DNA of 64,000 bases from an uncultured Gemmatimonadaceae bacterium (GCA_963751275.1 CAVVTZ010000007.1:448001-512000); one strand, 5' to 3'. Counted from the first letter of the stretch, positions 31,387-44,130 are shown. Notes: generated by a model from the sequence alone, not told the origin. Numbers and translations are program-made.

Positions 31387-34032
31387 GCGGCGGCGGCGCT
31401 TCGCCGCTCATCCCCGTCGATTCCGTCCGGCGCCTTCGGCTCCAGAACGGCCTCACCGTGCTGATCCGGCGGGGATGCGAGCGCGCCGGTCGTCGCGATC
31501 GTCACCCACGTGAAGGCCGGCTACTTCGATGAGACGGACGACGTGGCCGGCATCTCGCACGTGCTCGAGCACATGTTCTTCAAGGGCACCCCCACGCGCG
31601 GCGTGGGTGAGATCCCGCGCGAGACCAAGGCCGCCGGCGGCTACCTGAACGCCGGCACGATCTACGACCAGACCAGCTACTACACCGTGCTCCCCTCGGC
31701 CGCCTTCGTGCGCGGACTCGAGATCCAGTGCGACGCGTACGCGCACTCGCTCATCGACGCGGGGGAATTGCGGCGCGAACTCGAGGTCATCATCCAGGAG
31801 GCCAAGCGGAAGGAGGACAACCCGCAGGCCGTGGCCGTCGAATCGCTGTACGCGCTGCTGCACGACCGCCACCGGATGCGCCGCTGGCGCATCGGCCGCG
31901 AGGAGGGACTGCGGAAGCTCACGCGCGACGCCGTGCTGCGCTTCTACCGCAATTTCTACCGGCCCGGCAACACGATCCTCTCCATCGTCGGCGACATCGA
32001 TGTGAATGCGGCCGCGCGCGAGGTCGAGCGGCTCTACGGCACGCTCGCCGATGCGCCGGTGCAGCACGCCGCCGGACCGGCCGAGCCGGAGCACGATGAT
32101 CTGCGCTTCCGCGAGATGGCCGGCGACGTCGCGCAGACGCAACTCGTGATCGGCTGGCGCACGCCGGGCACGCTGCACGAGGACACGGTGCTGCTCGACC
32201 TCGCCGCGACGATGCTCGGCGCCGGCCGCGCGTCGCGGCTCTATCGCGCGGTGCGCGAGCGGCGGCTCGTCGCTTCGATCGGCGCCTCGAACTACACGCC
32301 CACGCAGCTCGGCGTGTTCACGATCCACGCCGAGGGGCCGCCGTCATCGGCCGCGGACGCCGCGGGCGAGGCGTGGGCGCAGCTCGCGGCGATGCGCGAC
32401 GTGGGCGTGCACCCCGCGGAGCTCGAGCGCGCGCGGCGCGTGATCGAATCGCAGTGGCTTCGCCGGCTGGAGACCATGGAAGGGCAGGCCACGTATCTCG
32501 CCGGCTGGGAAGCGCTCGGCGCGTGGACGCTGGGCGGTGCGTACTTCGCGGGACTGCTGGGCGCCGGCGCCGACCAGGTGACCGGCGCGATGCAACGGCA
32601 TCTGACGAACGAACGCGCGGGCGTGGTGTTCTACCGGCCGCGGAACGCGCCGCCGGTGGCGGCCGACCTCGACGCGCTGCGCGCGATCTTCGACGGTGCG
32701 CGCGCGCAACCCGTGGTGGCACCGGCGCCGGCGCCCGAGGCGCCCGCCCTGCGGCTCTCCCCCGCGTCGCTCGAGCGCGAGGAGGGCGGCGTGCGCGTCT
32801 ACCGCACCGCGGCCGGCGTGCCGGTGCTCGTGAAGCGCCGCGCCGGCGCGCCGCTCGTCCACCTCGGTGTGTTCGCCGCGGGCGGCGCGAGCGACGAGAG
32901 CGAGGAGGCGGCCGGCCTCACCACGCTCGTGGCGCGCACCGCGGTGAAAGGCACGTCACACCGCCGCGCCGAGCAGATCGCCGAGGAGGCCGAGTCGCTC
33001 GGCGGCAGCATCGGGGCGCACGTCGGCGCGGAGCAGCTGGGCTGGTCGATCTCCGTGCCATCGCATCGCGAGGACGCCGCCATGGCGCTGCTCGCCGACG
33101 TCGTGCTCAACGCGAACTTCCCGGCGGGCGCGCTCGAGACCGAACGCGCGGTGGCGATCGCCGATCTCGCGCTGATGCGCGACGACATGTATCGCTGGCC
33201 GATGCGGCTGCTCACCGCGGCGGCGTTCGCCGGTCATCCGTACGGCATCCCGTCGGGCGGCTATGAGCACACGCTGGCCGCGCTGGACGCGGGCCGGCTG
33301 CGCGCCTGGCACCGCGTGCGGGTGCTGTCCGGCGCGACGGCGATCGCGATCGTGGGCGACGTGGACCCGGACGATGCCGCGGCGCGCGCGGCGGCGTTGT
33401 TCACGGGACTGGCCGCGGGGAAGGGATCGACCGTCGACGCGCCGCTGTGGCCCGCGCGCCCGGTGATCGTGAGCGAAGAGCGCGACAAGGCGCAGACCGC
33501 GCTCGCGCTCGCCTTCCCCGCGCCCGACCGGCACGATGACGCGCAATGGGCGGCGGAGATGATCGCCGGGGTCGCGAGCGGACTGGGCGGACGGTTCTTC
33601 GAGGAGCTGCGCGGCAAGAAGTCGCTCGCCTACACCGTGCACGCGCACGCGAGCGAGCGCCGGCGCGCCGGCATGTTCGTGAGCTACATCGCGACGTCAC
33701 CCGCGCAGGAGGAGACGGCCCGCCGCGGGCTGATGCGCGAATTCGCGCGGCTGCGCGAAGCGGACGTGACGGAGCGCGAGCTGCGGCTGGCGCAGGAATA
33801 CGCGATCGGCACGCACGCGATCCGCCAGCAGAGCGGCGGCGCGGTGATGGGAGAGATGATCGACGCGTTCATGATGGGCGACGGACTGGCCGAGCTGGAC
33901 CAGCACGATGGGCGGGTTCGCGCGGTCACCGCCAAGGCGATGCGAGAGGTCGCCGCCAAGTACTTCGACGAGGGGCGGCTCGTGCAGGCGGTGATCCGGG
34001 GAAATGCGACGGCAGTCACTAGTACCGCTTGA
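31383..34032 (+). CDS. M16 (pitrilysin) family zinc peptidase (frameshift ~31473)
   Basis: LQNGLTVLIRR/DASAPVVA N-terminus, HVLEH (HxxEH), duplicated halves. Confidence 0.92.
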
Positions 34033-34138
34033 GAAGCGCGTCTAGCAACTGAGCGTATAGTACGCCGAGGCGTGTGTCGGACTCGCTGCGTACGCAGGGA
34101 GTAGTACCATACGCTCGGTTGCCAGACGCGCCGTTCTC
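34031..34138. other. branched intergenic hairpin between convergent genes
   Basis: ~30-bp imperfect outer stem enclosing two small hairpins. Confidence 0.55.
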
Positions 34139-34155
34139 GGAAGCGTGTGTTGCGA

Positions 34156-34527
34156 TTAGCCCCGAGGTCTGGCTTCGCTCCTGATCTGCCGAGGCGCGAG
34201 TCGCTTCGAGAATACATCAAGCGCTTTCCGCGCGTCGCGCGAGGCGGGGGCGAGGATGTCGAGGAGGAGCAGCTCGCGCTCCGGGAAGGAATGGAGCGCG
34301 ATGTGGCAGCCGTCGAGCAGGAGCACGCCGGCGACGTCGCCGCCGGGGAGCTGCTTGACCACCGGCGCGCCGATCGTTCCGTAGCCGGCCGCGCCCGCCG
34401 CCGCGATGAGCAGCCCGCCGAGCGCCGAGACATCGCGCAGCGCGTCGCCCGTGACGCCGATCAGATCGGCCGCGACATGGGTGAAGGCGGAGAGGGCGGG
34501 GGAGGGGGAGATCGAGGCGGTCGGCAT
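34156..34527 (-). CDS. S-adenosylmethionine decarboxylase-family protein (atypical cleavage site)
   Basis: GVLLLDGCHIALHSFPE...LLDI, compared with canonical LAESHxSxHTWPE. Confidence 0.75.
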   Translation of the reverse strand: MPTASISPSPALSAFTHVAADLIGVTGDALRDVSALGGLLIAAAGAAGYGTIGAPVVKQLPGGDVAGVLLLDGCHIALHSFPERELLLLDILAPASRDARKALDVFSKRLAPRQIRSEARPRG

Positions 34528-34571
34528 TTCCTACTAAATGGGCCGAACGCGACTTCCGTAACAGCGGACAG

Positions 34572-34651
34572 CGACTGACGACTGACGACTGACGGCTGCG
34601 AACTGCTCGCGCCATGGCGGGCTTCAGTCGTCAGTCGTCAGTCGCCAGTCG
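34572..34651. repeat. heptamer (CGACTGA) inverted repeat
   Basis: (CGACTGA)x3 at 34572-34592 and (TCAGTCG)x3-4 from 34624. Confidence 0.85.
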
Positions 34652-34661
34652 ACCTACGCCG

Positions 34662-35126
34662 TTAGAACATGCTCATGGCCAGGAACGACTTCAGCGAGTC
34701 ATTCGTGCTGCGCAGCCGCATGGACAGCATCCGGATCACCGCCCATAGCACCTTCGTGCCGAGCTCCTTGTTGAACTCGAGGAGCATCTCGAATTCGGGG
34801 CGGGAGATCGTGAGCACCGTCACACCGCCGTCGGCGATGGCGTCGGTGGAGCGCTCGCTCTTGTCGAACACGGCCATCTCGCCGAAGAGCGAACCCTTCT
34901 TCAGCACCGCGAGCGCCTCTTCGCCGGCGCCGGGGATCTGGCGCGAGATGCGCACGGCGCCCTCCACGATGATGAACAGCCGGTTGCCCGGCTCGCCCTC
35001 GTGGAAGATGTACGCGCCCGATTCGTATTTCCGCTCCTCGCACAGTTCCGAGATGCGGCCAAGTTCCTCGGCGGTGAGGTCCTTGAAGATCGCGATCGTC
35101 TTGAGGATCTCGATGGTGGCGGACAT
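34662..35126 (-). CDS. cyclic nucleotide-binding domain protein
   Basis: IFHEGEPG..LFII..G, FGEMA, RS. Confidence 0.92.
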   Translation of the reverse strand: MSATIEILKTIAIFKDLTAEELGRISELCEERKYESGAYIFHEGEPGNRLFIIVEGAVRISRQIPGAGEEALAVLKKGSLFGEMAVFDKSERSTDAIADGGVTVLTISRPEFEMLLEFNKELGTKVLWAVIRMLSMRLRSTNDSLKSFLAMSMF

Positions 35127-35190
35127 GCCTTGAAATAGCGCCGCGCGGCCCGCGCTGGCAAGCGTGCGACCGCGCGCCTAGCTTTGGCGC

Positions 35191-35715
35191 GTGCCGCAGA
35201 ATCGCGTCTTCACCGTCCCGAACCTGCTGTCGTTCGCGCGGATCCCCCTCGCGGCGGCGTTCGTGGCGGTGCACGGCACCGGCGCGCGCCTCGCGCTCAT
35301 CAGCACGGCCGCGCTCACCGACCTGCTCGACGGCTGGCTCGCGCGGCAGGGAGCGAGCACCAGGGTTGGCGCCCTGCTCGATCCGATCGCGGACAAGACG
35401 TTCGTGCTGCTCGCGCTGTCGGCCTTCCTCTTCGACGGCACGCTGGGTACGCGCGACTATTTCATCATCATCTCGCGCGATCTCGCCACGGCGGTCGGAC
35501 TCCTCGTCGCGTACCGGCTGCCGGGTCTCGAAGTCACCGACTTCAAGGCCCGTCTGTCGGGCAAGGTGCTCACGACGCTCCAGATCGCTTCGCTCTTCGT
35601 GATCCTGCTGCGGCCCGCCTGGTTGGCGTGGTTCATCTGGGTGGTGGCGGCGTGTTCGGCATGGTCGATCGTGGACTACACGATGTACCTCGCGCGCGTA
35701 CGGCGAGTGGCGTGA
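35191..35715 (+). CDS. pgsA: CDP-alcohol phosphatidyltransferase (PgsA-like)
   Basis: PNLLS..R, TDLLDGWLAR...GALLDPIADK, GK. Confidence 0.85.
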   Translation: MPQNRVFTVPNLLSFARIPLAAAFVAVHGTGARLALISTAALTDLLDGWLARQGASTRVGALLDPIADKTFVLLALSAFLFDGTLGTRDYFIIISRDLATAVGLLVAYRLPGLEVTDFKARLSGKVLTTLQIASLFVILLRPAWLAWFIWVVAACSAWSIVDYTMYLARVRRVA

Positions 35716-36218
35716 GGCGGGTGAAACGGGCGACGGAGATTCGCCATCGGTACTTCTGGCTCGTCGCAGCGGCGATGCTCGCCATCTCTGCGTCGGCGGA
35801 TGCCCAGAGCGACCATTCCATCCAGTGGGAAGGGCGCGCGGATCTCTTCCTCGCGTCGAGCACCACCGTGCAGGGTGGAGCGGCCGCGGCATTCTATGTC
35901 GACCGGAATGTCCGGCTCCTCGTGCTCGGGGGTGCGGGGAGCACATTCGAGAGCGGCGTCGGGCAATTCAGCGCGCGGCTCGATCTGCTCGGGCGCTATG
36001 TGCTCGACCCGGAGCGCACCGAGAAATGGGCGCTCTACGGCACCGGCGGCCTGAGCCTGCGCTATGACGCCGCGCCTTACTGGCGCGGGGCGCTGGTCGT
36101 GCTCGCGGGGCTCGAAGGTCCCAAGTGGGGATCGTGGACGCCCTTCATTGAGGCCGGCTACGGCGGCGGTGTGCAGATCGGCTTCGGCCTCCGGCGCGCG
36201 AGGCTGCACGGGCGGTAG
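35712..36218 (+). CDS. small exported beta-barrel-like hypothetical protein
   Basis: Signal peptide ASADA-Q, alternating beta strands. Confidence 0.55.
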   Translation: MRRVKRATEIRHRYFWLVAAAMLAISASADAQSDHSIQWEGRADLFLASSTTVQGGAAAAFYVDRNVRLLVLGGAGSTFESGVGQFSARLDLLGRYVLDPERTEKWALYGTGGLSLRYDAAPYWRGALVVLAGLEGPKWGSWTPFIEAGYGGGVQIGFGLRRARLHGR

Positions 36219-36260
36219 CGCCTGGATTGGAAGAATCCAATCCTCGCATCAGAGTGTCTC

Positions 36261-37181
36261 TTGCCGGCGCGAGCGAGGGTGCATAGCGTCGACCGGGTCG
36301 TCGCCCCGCTCAGATCGTTCCCCATCGCTGGAGCGCCGCTCGTGACGCTCGCCATTGCGCTCGCCATTGCGCTCGTCATCTCGGGAGTCATGGCTGGCGC
36401 TCCGGTCGCGCCGCATGCGGCGAACCGTTCGTCGGATGATATGTGTACCGCGCCGCCGGCGGACGCGACCGACTGGACGCCTATCGAGGTCAATGGCGTC
36501 ACGATGCAGATCCCGGCGAACTTCGTGATCTCGTCCACCGCAAGTTACCAACGAATGTATACGAAGGACAAAGCGAGCGTCCAGCTGTGGGTCGGTCATG
36601 CAATGCCGCACCAGCCGAATACCTACGGCTTGACGACGTGCCACATTGTGCTTGGCGGTCGGCCCGCCACGATCACGCTCTCCAAGGGCGTCGGGAGTGT
36701 CAGGCTGCGCGCGGAATGGCCCGCCACGGATGGGATCGGCATCGTGGACGTTATCATCATCGCCCAGTTCGAGGCCGAGCTGTTCGCGCTCCGCTCAATG
36801 CTGTGGACGGTCCACTTCCCGAGTTACGCAGCCGCCAAGTCCATCGATCCGCGGTGCGCGAAGACGCCAGGCGCGCCGCCGAAAATCGGCACTGTGCTCG
36901 ACACGGGCGTCGTGAGCATGCTGGCCAGCGGCGCCACGCCCCCGCTCCCCACCGGTAGCGCGGTCTTCGAATTCAGCTTCGACTCCACGGGCGCGATGGC
37001 TTCGCTCAACATCACCGCGGCGAGCATCCCCGACTCCGCCGTGCGCCGGCTCGCGATGATCGTCGGCTCGAACGTGAAGGACCAACCGCCGGGCGCGAAG
37101 CGTGTCGCCGTCCGTGTCGAGATCGCCGCGGCCGGGTTGTCCTACTCGGCGGCGCCCGTTTCCGCGTGCGGCCCGCGCTGA
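36261..37181 (+). CDS. exported hypothetical protein
   Basis: Long ORF with hydrophobic N-terminus; start uncertain. Confidence 0.55.
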   Translation: MPARARVHSVDRVVAPLRSFPIAGAPLVTLAIALAIALVISGVMAGAPVAPHAANRSSDDMCTAPPADATDWTPIEVNGVTMQIPANFVISSTASYQRMYTKDKASVQLWVGHAMPHQPNTYGLTTCHIVLGGRPATITLSKGVGSVRLRAEWPATDGIGIVDVIIIAQFEAELFALRSMLWTVHFPSYAAAKSIDPRCAKTPGAPPKIGTVLDTGVVSMLASGATPPLPTGSAVFEFSFDSTGAMASLNITAASIPDSAVRRLAMIVGSNVKDQPPGAKRVAVRVEIAAAGLSYSAAPVSACGPR

Positions 37182-37185
37182 TCCG

Positions 37186-38007
37186 CTACGGCGTCTTGTC
37201 CACGAGCAGCGGACGTCCGCCCAGCGGCTGCACCGGACGGTAGTTGTCGCCGATGATGTGCATGAAGTCGAGCATCTGTCCCTGCGACATCGCCACCGAG
37301 TCCTTCATCACGCTCCAGAGGACGCCCTCGGTGCACGGCGGCGTCGTGAGCGAGCCATCGTAGCGGTACGCCGCGTGGCTGGCGGGCAGGAAGAGGTTCG
37401 CGTTGGTCTGCGCATCGAGGTGCTGCACGGGGCCCGGCGACTTCGGCATGTTCTCCCACACCGTCGCGAAGGCCGCGTTGTCGGCGTCCTTGTGATAGAG
37501 GATCACCGCCACGACCGCGAGATGCCCATCGGCGCTCTGGTGCACGAGGTGCAGTTCGCCATCGCGCAGCTTGCCCTTGGTCTTGTGCTCGCCCGGCATG
37601 TGGAAATGGAATTGCACCAGGTCGTACCGCACGCCGACGATCGAGATGTAGCTGCCCGAATCGTAGTTCACCTGGATCGTGTGCGCGTTGTTGATGATGC
37701 TGATCTTGCTCGGCAGGTAGTGAAACTCGATCGGGTCCATGTCGACCGCCTTCGCAATGCTGTCGTTCAGGTTGATCGGCGACTGGTTGTTGCTGTCGCT
37801 GCAGAGCGCGTAGGCGGGGTCGAGTTGCGCCCAATGCTTCGGTCCACGCGGCCCCGCGTAGCTCCAGGGCGCGTGGGAACTGTGGGACGCCACGGATTCG
37901 TCGGTGGCGACGTTGTGTCCGCAGGCGCCGGCGACGCCGAGCGTCGAGAGGATGGCGACGGCCGCGGCGAGGGCGCGCGGGAGGCGGATCGAAGTCTGGC
38001 CGGTCAT
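37186..38007 (-). CDS. cah: alpha-class carbonic anhydrase (exported/lipoprotein)
   Basis: WSY, QSPIN, QFHFH, ELHLVH, GSLTTPPCTE, NYRPVQ. Confidence 0.95.
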   Translation of the reverse strand: MTGQTSIRLPRALAAAVAILSTLGVAGACGHNVATDESVASHSSHAPWSYAGPRGPKHWAQLDPAYALCSDSNNQSPINLNDSIAKAVDMDPIEFHYLPSKISIINNAHTIQVNYDSGSYISIVGVRYDLVQFHFHMPGEHKTKGKLRDGELHLVHQSADGHLAVVAVILYHKDADNAAFATVWENMPKSPGPVQHLDAQTNANLFLPASHAAYRYDGSLTTPPCTEGVLWSVMKDSVAMSQGQMLDFMHIIGDNYRPVQPLGGRPLLVDKTP

Positions 38008-38071
38008 GGGATCTCCAAGCGCGTTGATGTGCACGGCGCTGAAGCTAGCGCCCCGCCCCCCGGATGCACAA

Positions 38072-38098
38072 AGCCCCCGCCAAGGAGGCGGAGGCTTC
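38072..38098 (-). terminator. GC-rich hairpin, possible terminator
   Basis: AAGCCCCCGCC-AAGGA-GGCGGAGGCTT downstream of the 38166-38444 gene. Confidence 0.45.
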
Positions 38099-38165
38099 AC
38101 TCAGGTCCAACGTCCAATCACTGTCGTTCGCCGTACTAGACGCCATACGCCAAACACGCAGTTGC

Positions 38166-38444
38166 TTATGCCGCGACCGTATCCGCCGGCTCATCCGGCA
38201 CGCGGGCCTTGGGTGGCTGGCAGAAGCGGATGCCGAGCGTCTTGAGTTCGGTGACATCACGGGGCTGGAGCTCGTGGTACCGGTCCGCGAGGTACGACAT
38301 GGTCTCGTCCAGCCACTCTATCTGGTGCTCCGGCGACGACTGCAGCACGCCGCACTGGATGATCTGTTGGAACATCTCGTCGCGCGCCTGCTCGAAGGGC
38401 GTGTTCACGCTCTTTTCGCGCTGGCGATTTCTATCCTTGGCCAT
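38166..38444 (-). CDS. hypothetical protein
   Basis: 92-aa ORF with GGAG RBS and host codon usage. Confidence 0.75.
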   Translation of the reverse strand: MAKDRNRQREKSVNTPFEQARDEMFQQIIQCGVLQSSPEHQIEWLDETMSYLADRYHELQPRDVTELKTLGIRFCQPPKARVPDEPADTVAA

Positions 38445-38550
38445 TCTCCCTGCACGGTATGAGGACCCATGAATCTAATGGGTGGCGCCGGTGAGTTGTA
38501 GTGCGGGCGGCGAATTGCCGGGGGCTGGCGCAGACCCTAGCTTTCACCGA

Positions 38551-38865
38551 ATGACGGAGCCGGAAGAGACCTACGGCGACGGCCGCGCGCGGGCGCTCCA
38601 GGCCCTGCTGCGGGCGTTGGCGGCGCGGATCGTCGAGCTCGATGCGCGCGGCGAGCTGCTGGAGAACGCCGGGCTGCTGATGAAGCTGATCGGCGACATC
38701 CGGAGTGAGCTCTTTCACTACGAAGTGCGCGCGACCTACGACACGCCGGAAGTGGCGGACAGCCGCCGCATCGTGAGCGAGAGCAAGGCCAACGAACCAC
38801 ACTGGGAGCCGACCACATGGCAGCCGGACGAGACGCGGGAAAGAGAAAGCGACCGGGAGTGGTGA
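38551..38865 (+). CDS. hypothetical protein
   Basis: Overlaps the dsbA start; helical. Confidence 0.7.
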   Translation: MTEPEETYGDGRARALQALLRALAARIVELDARGELLENAGLLMKLIGDIRSELFHYEVRATYDTPEVADSRRIVSESKANEPHWEPTTWQPDETRERESDREW

Positions 38866-39581
38866 AGAAGAAGAAGCCGGCGAAGAGTTCGCGCGGCTTC
38901 TATCTCCTGCTCGCGATCATCTTCATCGGCGGCGGCGTGTGGCTCGCCACGCTCGCTTCGCGTCCCAAGGCCGCGCCGGTGCAGGAAGTGGACGTCACCG
39001 CCGCCGCCGCGGAGGGGTATCTCGCCGGGAACCCGAACGCGCCCGTGCAGGTGCTGGAGTTCGCCGACTACGAATGCCCCGCCTGCGGGCAGTTCTCGCT
39101 CGTCACCGAGCCCGACGTGCGCCGCCGCCTGATCCAGGCCGGGCTCGTGAGTTACCGCTTCTACGATTTCCCGCTGCCGCAGCACCGGAATTCGCTGCAA
39201 GCCTCGATCGCCGCCGCCTGCGCCGACGACCAGAAGAAGTTCTGGCAGATGCACGACGCGCTCTTCTTCAACCAGCCGGAATGGTCCACCGAGGCCACGA
39301 CGAATCCCGGCAAGTTCTTCCTCGAATACGCCAAGCAGATCGGACTGAACACGGATGACTGGAAGAAGTGCTTCGATGCGCAGCAGCACCTGACGCGCAT
39401 CTACGGAAACCGGAAGGAAGGCGACCGGGTCGGCGTTTCGTTCACGCCGACGTTCGTCATTGGCCGCAAGAAGGTCTCGGGGGCGATCGGGTACGATGAA
39501 TTCAAGGCGTTGGTCGACAGCGCGGCGGCGCAGCCGCCTGCACCGGCGCCCGGTGGCCCGAAGACCACGAAGAAGCCGTGA
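38862..39581 (+). CDS. dsbA: DsbA family thiol-disulfide oxidoreductase
   Basis: EFADYECPAC, DFPL, TPTF. Confidence 0.92.
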   Translation: MKKKKPAKSSRGFYLLLAIIFIGGGVWLATLASRPKAAPVQEVDVTAAAAEGYLAGNPNAPVQVLEFADYECPACGQFSLVTEPDVRRRLIQAGLVSYRFYDFPLPQHRNSLQASIAAACADDQKKFWQMHDALFFNQPEWSTEATTNPGKFFLEYAKQIGLNTDDWKKCFDAQQHLTRIYGNRKEGDRVGVSFTPTFVIGRKKVSGAIGYDEFKALVDSAAAQPPAPAPGGPKTTKKP

Positions 39582-40012
39582 GGCCGCGGCAGGTCATCGC
39601 CGTCCTCGCGCTCGCGGGGGCCTTCGTCGCGCTCTATCTGACGCTCTACAAAGTGGGCATCATCGGCGAACTGTCGTGCTCGGTTGGCGAGTGCGAGACG
39701 GTGAACACCAGCCGCTGGGCCACCTTCCTCCACGTCCCCGTTGCCGGTTGGGGACTCGCGACCTACGTGGTGATCTTCGCCCTCGCGGCCTTCGGCCTCT
39801 CTGCGCGCGGCGACGGGTCGCTCAAGATCTCGTGGGCCCTCGTCGCGGTCACCGGGTGGAGCGTGCTCTTCTCCGGATGGCTCACGTACCTCGAATTGTT
39901 CGTGATCCACGCGATCTGCATCTGGTGCGTGACGTCGGCGTGCATCATGGTCGCGATATTCATCGCATCGCTGGTCGATCTCCGTGCGACGGTGGCCGGC
40001 ATCGACGAGTGA
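39578..40012 (+). CDS. vitamin K epoxide reductase family protein
   Basis: CSVGEC, CIWC, 4 TM helices; coupled to dsbA. Confidence 0.92.
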   Translation: MRPRQVIAVLALAGAFVALYLTLYKVGIIGELSCSVGECETVNTSRWATFLHVPVAGWGLATYVVIFALAAFGLSARGDGSLKISWALVAVTGWSVLFSGWLTYLELFVIHAICIWCVTSACIMVAIFIASLVDLRATVAGIDE

Positions 40013-40017
40013 TCGCG

Positions 40018-40152
40018 GCAACGACAGCAAACTGCTTTTGACAGGATTACAGGATTACGGGATAACTGCTGATGACCGCTTGAGGCGGCCGCGCCTCAAG
40101 CGGTCATCAGCAGTTATCCCGTAATCCTGTCAAAGCAGTTTGTTGTCGTTGC
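40018..40152. repeat. palindromic repeat family B, copy 2
   Basis: Same core as 6776-6886 with compensatory changes. Confidence 0.92.
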
Positions 40153-40169
40153 TCTAACTCGACCTCGCG

Positions 40170-42141
<1,972 letters not shown>

Positions 42142-42186
42142 GTTTGGGATTCTATTGGCCTTGTCAGTGCATCGCTAGTTCGCGGT

Positions 42187-42317
42187 AGCAAACTGCTTTT
42201 GACAGGATGACAGGATTGCACAGGATAACTGCTGATGAACGACTTGAGGCGGCCGCCTCAAGTCGTTCATCAGCAGTTATCCTGTGCAATCCTGTCATCC
42301 TGTCAAAGCAGTTTGTT
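42187..42317. repeat. palindromic repeat family B, copy 3
   Basis: Near-perfect ~130-nt palindrome. Confidence 0.92.
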
Positions 42318-42331
42318 CTCGTTCTCTCCCT

Positions 42332-43483
42332 TCAGCGAGTCTTGAATCGCCGATAGTAGGCCCACTGGAGCCATCGTCGCGCGGAGACATACATCGGCCG
42401 CTCGTCGATGCGCGTGTCGCGCAGGATCGCGCTCTTCTTCGCGCCGAGCGACATCCCATACCAGAAATCGGTTCGCAGACGGTGCGCTGGTCCGGAGCCC
42501 GGCGCGTATCGGCCGCTGATGCGGCGCGCGAGCGTGGCGCCCTGCCAGATCGCCTCGATCGCGCGGCGCATCGTGGGCCACGACTGGCCGTCGTCCACGA
42601 TCTGCGCGGCATCGCCGATCGCGTGCAGGCCTTCGCAGCCGTTCACCTCGAGGCGCGGTGTCACGACAATGCGCCCGTCCTCGCCCAGTGGCGCGCCGAA
42701 CGCGGCGAGCACCGGGTTCGCGCGCACGCCGCCGGCCCAGAGCAGCACATCCCCGGGGAAGGCGGCGCCGTCGGCGAGCAACGCGCGGTCGCCCGCGAAG
42801 CCGGCCACGCGACGGCCGAACACCATCTCCACCCCCACGGCCGCCAGCGCGCGGCTCGCACGACGCGCGACGCTCGGCGCGAATCCCGGCAGGAGCTGCG
42901 GCTCGACGCCGATGAGCGTCACCGCAATGCGCGTCCCCTCCACGCGCGCGCTCGCCAATTCCGCGCTCCACTCCACGGCCGTGAGTCCGCCACCGGCCAC
43001 GACGACGCGCATCATGCGCGCTCCCGTCGCGCGCAGCACGTGCAGGCGCTGGTTCAACGTCACCGCATCGGGGACCCATTTCGCCGGGATCACGCCGGCC
43101 TTCCCCTCGAGATCCGGCGGCACCGCCGGCACCGAACCCACGGCCACGATGCACCGGTCGTACGCGAGCACGCGCCCATTCTCCAGTGTGACGGTCTTCG
43201 CGGCGGGGTCCACCGATTTCGCGCCGCTCATCACCCACTCGGCGCCGAGCGCGGTGACGAAGGCCGGCGTCTCGAAGGTCAGCTCGTCGGACGAGCGCGT
43301 GCCGCTCGCGACCTCGTGCGCGAGCGGCACGTACGAATGGCGCGCACGCGGGTCCACCACCGTCACTTCGCCCGGCGCGAACATGCCGGTGCGCCGCGAA
43401 TACCGCAGCAGGAACTCCAGTCCGGCGAAGGAGCAGCCGAGGAGCACGATGCGCGGCCGGGCGGCGGATTGCGACGGGGTCAG
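42332..43483 (-). CDS. NAD(P)/FAD-dependent oxidoreductase (NDH-2-like)
   Basis: RIVLLGCSFAG, YD..IVAVGS, AGGGLTAVE, WAGG, AIGDAA; start uncertain. Confidence 0.85.
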   Translation of the reverse strand: MTPSQSAARPRIVLLGCSFAGLEFLLRYSRRTGMFAPGEVTVVDPRARHSYVPLAHEVASGTRSSDELTFETPAFVTALGAEWVMSGAKSVDPAAKTVTLENGRVLAYDRCIVAVGSVPAVPPDLEGKAGVIPAKWVPDAVTLNQRLHVLRATGARMMRVVVAGGGLTAVEWSAELASARVEGTRIAVTLIGVEPQLLPGFAPSVARRASRALAAVGVEMVFGRRVAGFAGDRALLADGAAFPGDVLLWAGGVRANPVLAAFGAPLGEDGRIVVTPRLEVNGCEGLHAIGDAAQIVDDGQSWPTMRRAIEAIWQGATLARRISGRYAPGSGPAHRLRTDFWYGMSLGAKKSAILRDTRIDERPMYVSARRWLQWAYYRRFKTR

Positions 43484-43587
43484 CGGTGTTCCAGGCGTTG
43501 GGGACGGGAGGATGATACGCGCCGCGCGGCTGTCAGGCGAGCGCGGAGCCGAGTAGAATTCGATTGCCCCCTTCGCGCGAGGCGCGC

Positions 43588-44130
43588 TTGCTCCACCCCT
43601 GGCATCACCTGTCGCCCGGCCGGCACCCGCCGGAAGAGGTGACCGCGCTCGTCGAGATCCCGAGCGGCAGCCGCAACAAGTACGAACTCGACAAGGAGAC
43701 GGGACTGCTGCGTCTCGACCGCGTACTGTACTCGGCCGTGCATTATCCCGGCGACTACGGATTCATCCCGCGCACGCTCGCGGAGGACCACGATCCGTGC
43801 GACATCCTGGTGCTCGTGAACGAGCCCACCTTCCCGGGATGCCAGATCGACGCGCGCCCGATCGGCGTGCTGAAGATGACCGACCGCGGCGAGCCGGACG
43901 ACAAGATCCTCGCGGTGCCCATCAACGATCCATTCTTCGGCGAGTACTTCGACATCGCGGACATCCCGCAGCATTACCTGAAGGAGGTCGAGCACTTCTT
44001 CCACATCTACAAGGATCTGGAAGGGAAGCGCGTGCAGACCGTGGGCTGGGGGAAGAGCGACGAGGCGATGACCGTGATCCGCGAGGGGATCGCGCGGTAC
44101 GCGGAGAAGTTCTTGACGGCGACGCCCTGA
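43588..44130 (+). CDS. ppa: inorganic pyrophosphatase (family I)
   Basis: HPWH, RNKYELD, YPGDYG, DHDPCD, DDKI, YKDLE. Confidence 0.96.
   Translation: MLHPWHHLSPGRHPPEEVTALVEIPSGSRNKYELDKETGLLRLDRVLYSAVHYPGDYGFIPRTLAEDHDPCDILVLVNEPTFPGCQIDARPIGVLKMTDRGEPDDKILAVPINDPFFGEYFDIADIPQHYLKEVEHFFHIYKDLEGKRVQTVGWGKSDEAMTVIREGIARYAEKFLTATP

Noticed and set aside
17823..38007. SulP plus carbonic anhydrase CO2-uptake module
   Set aside because: The genes are ~18 kb apart and unlinked
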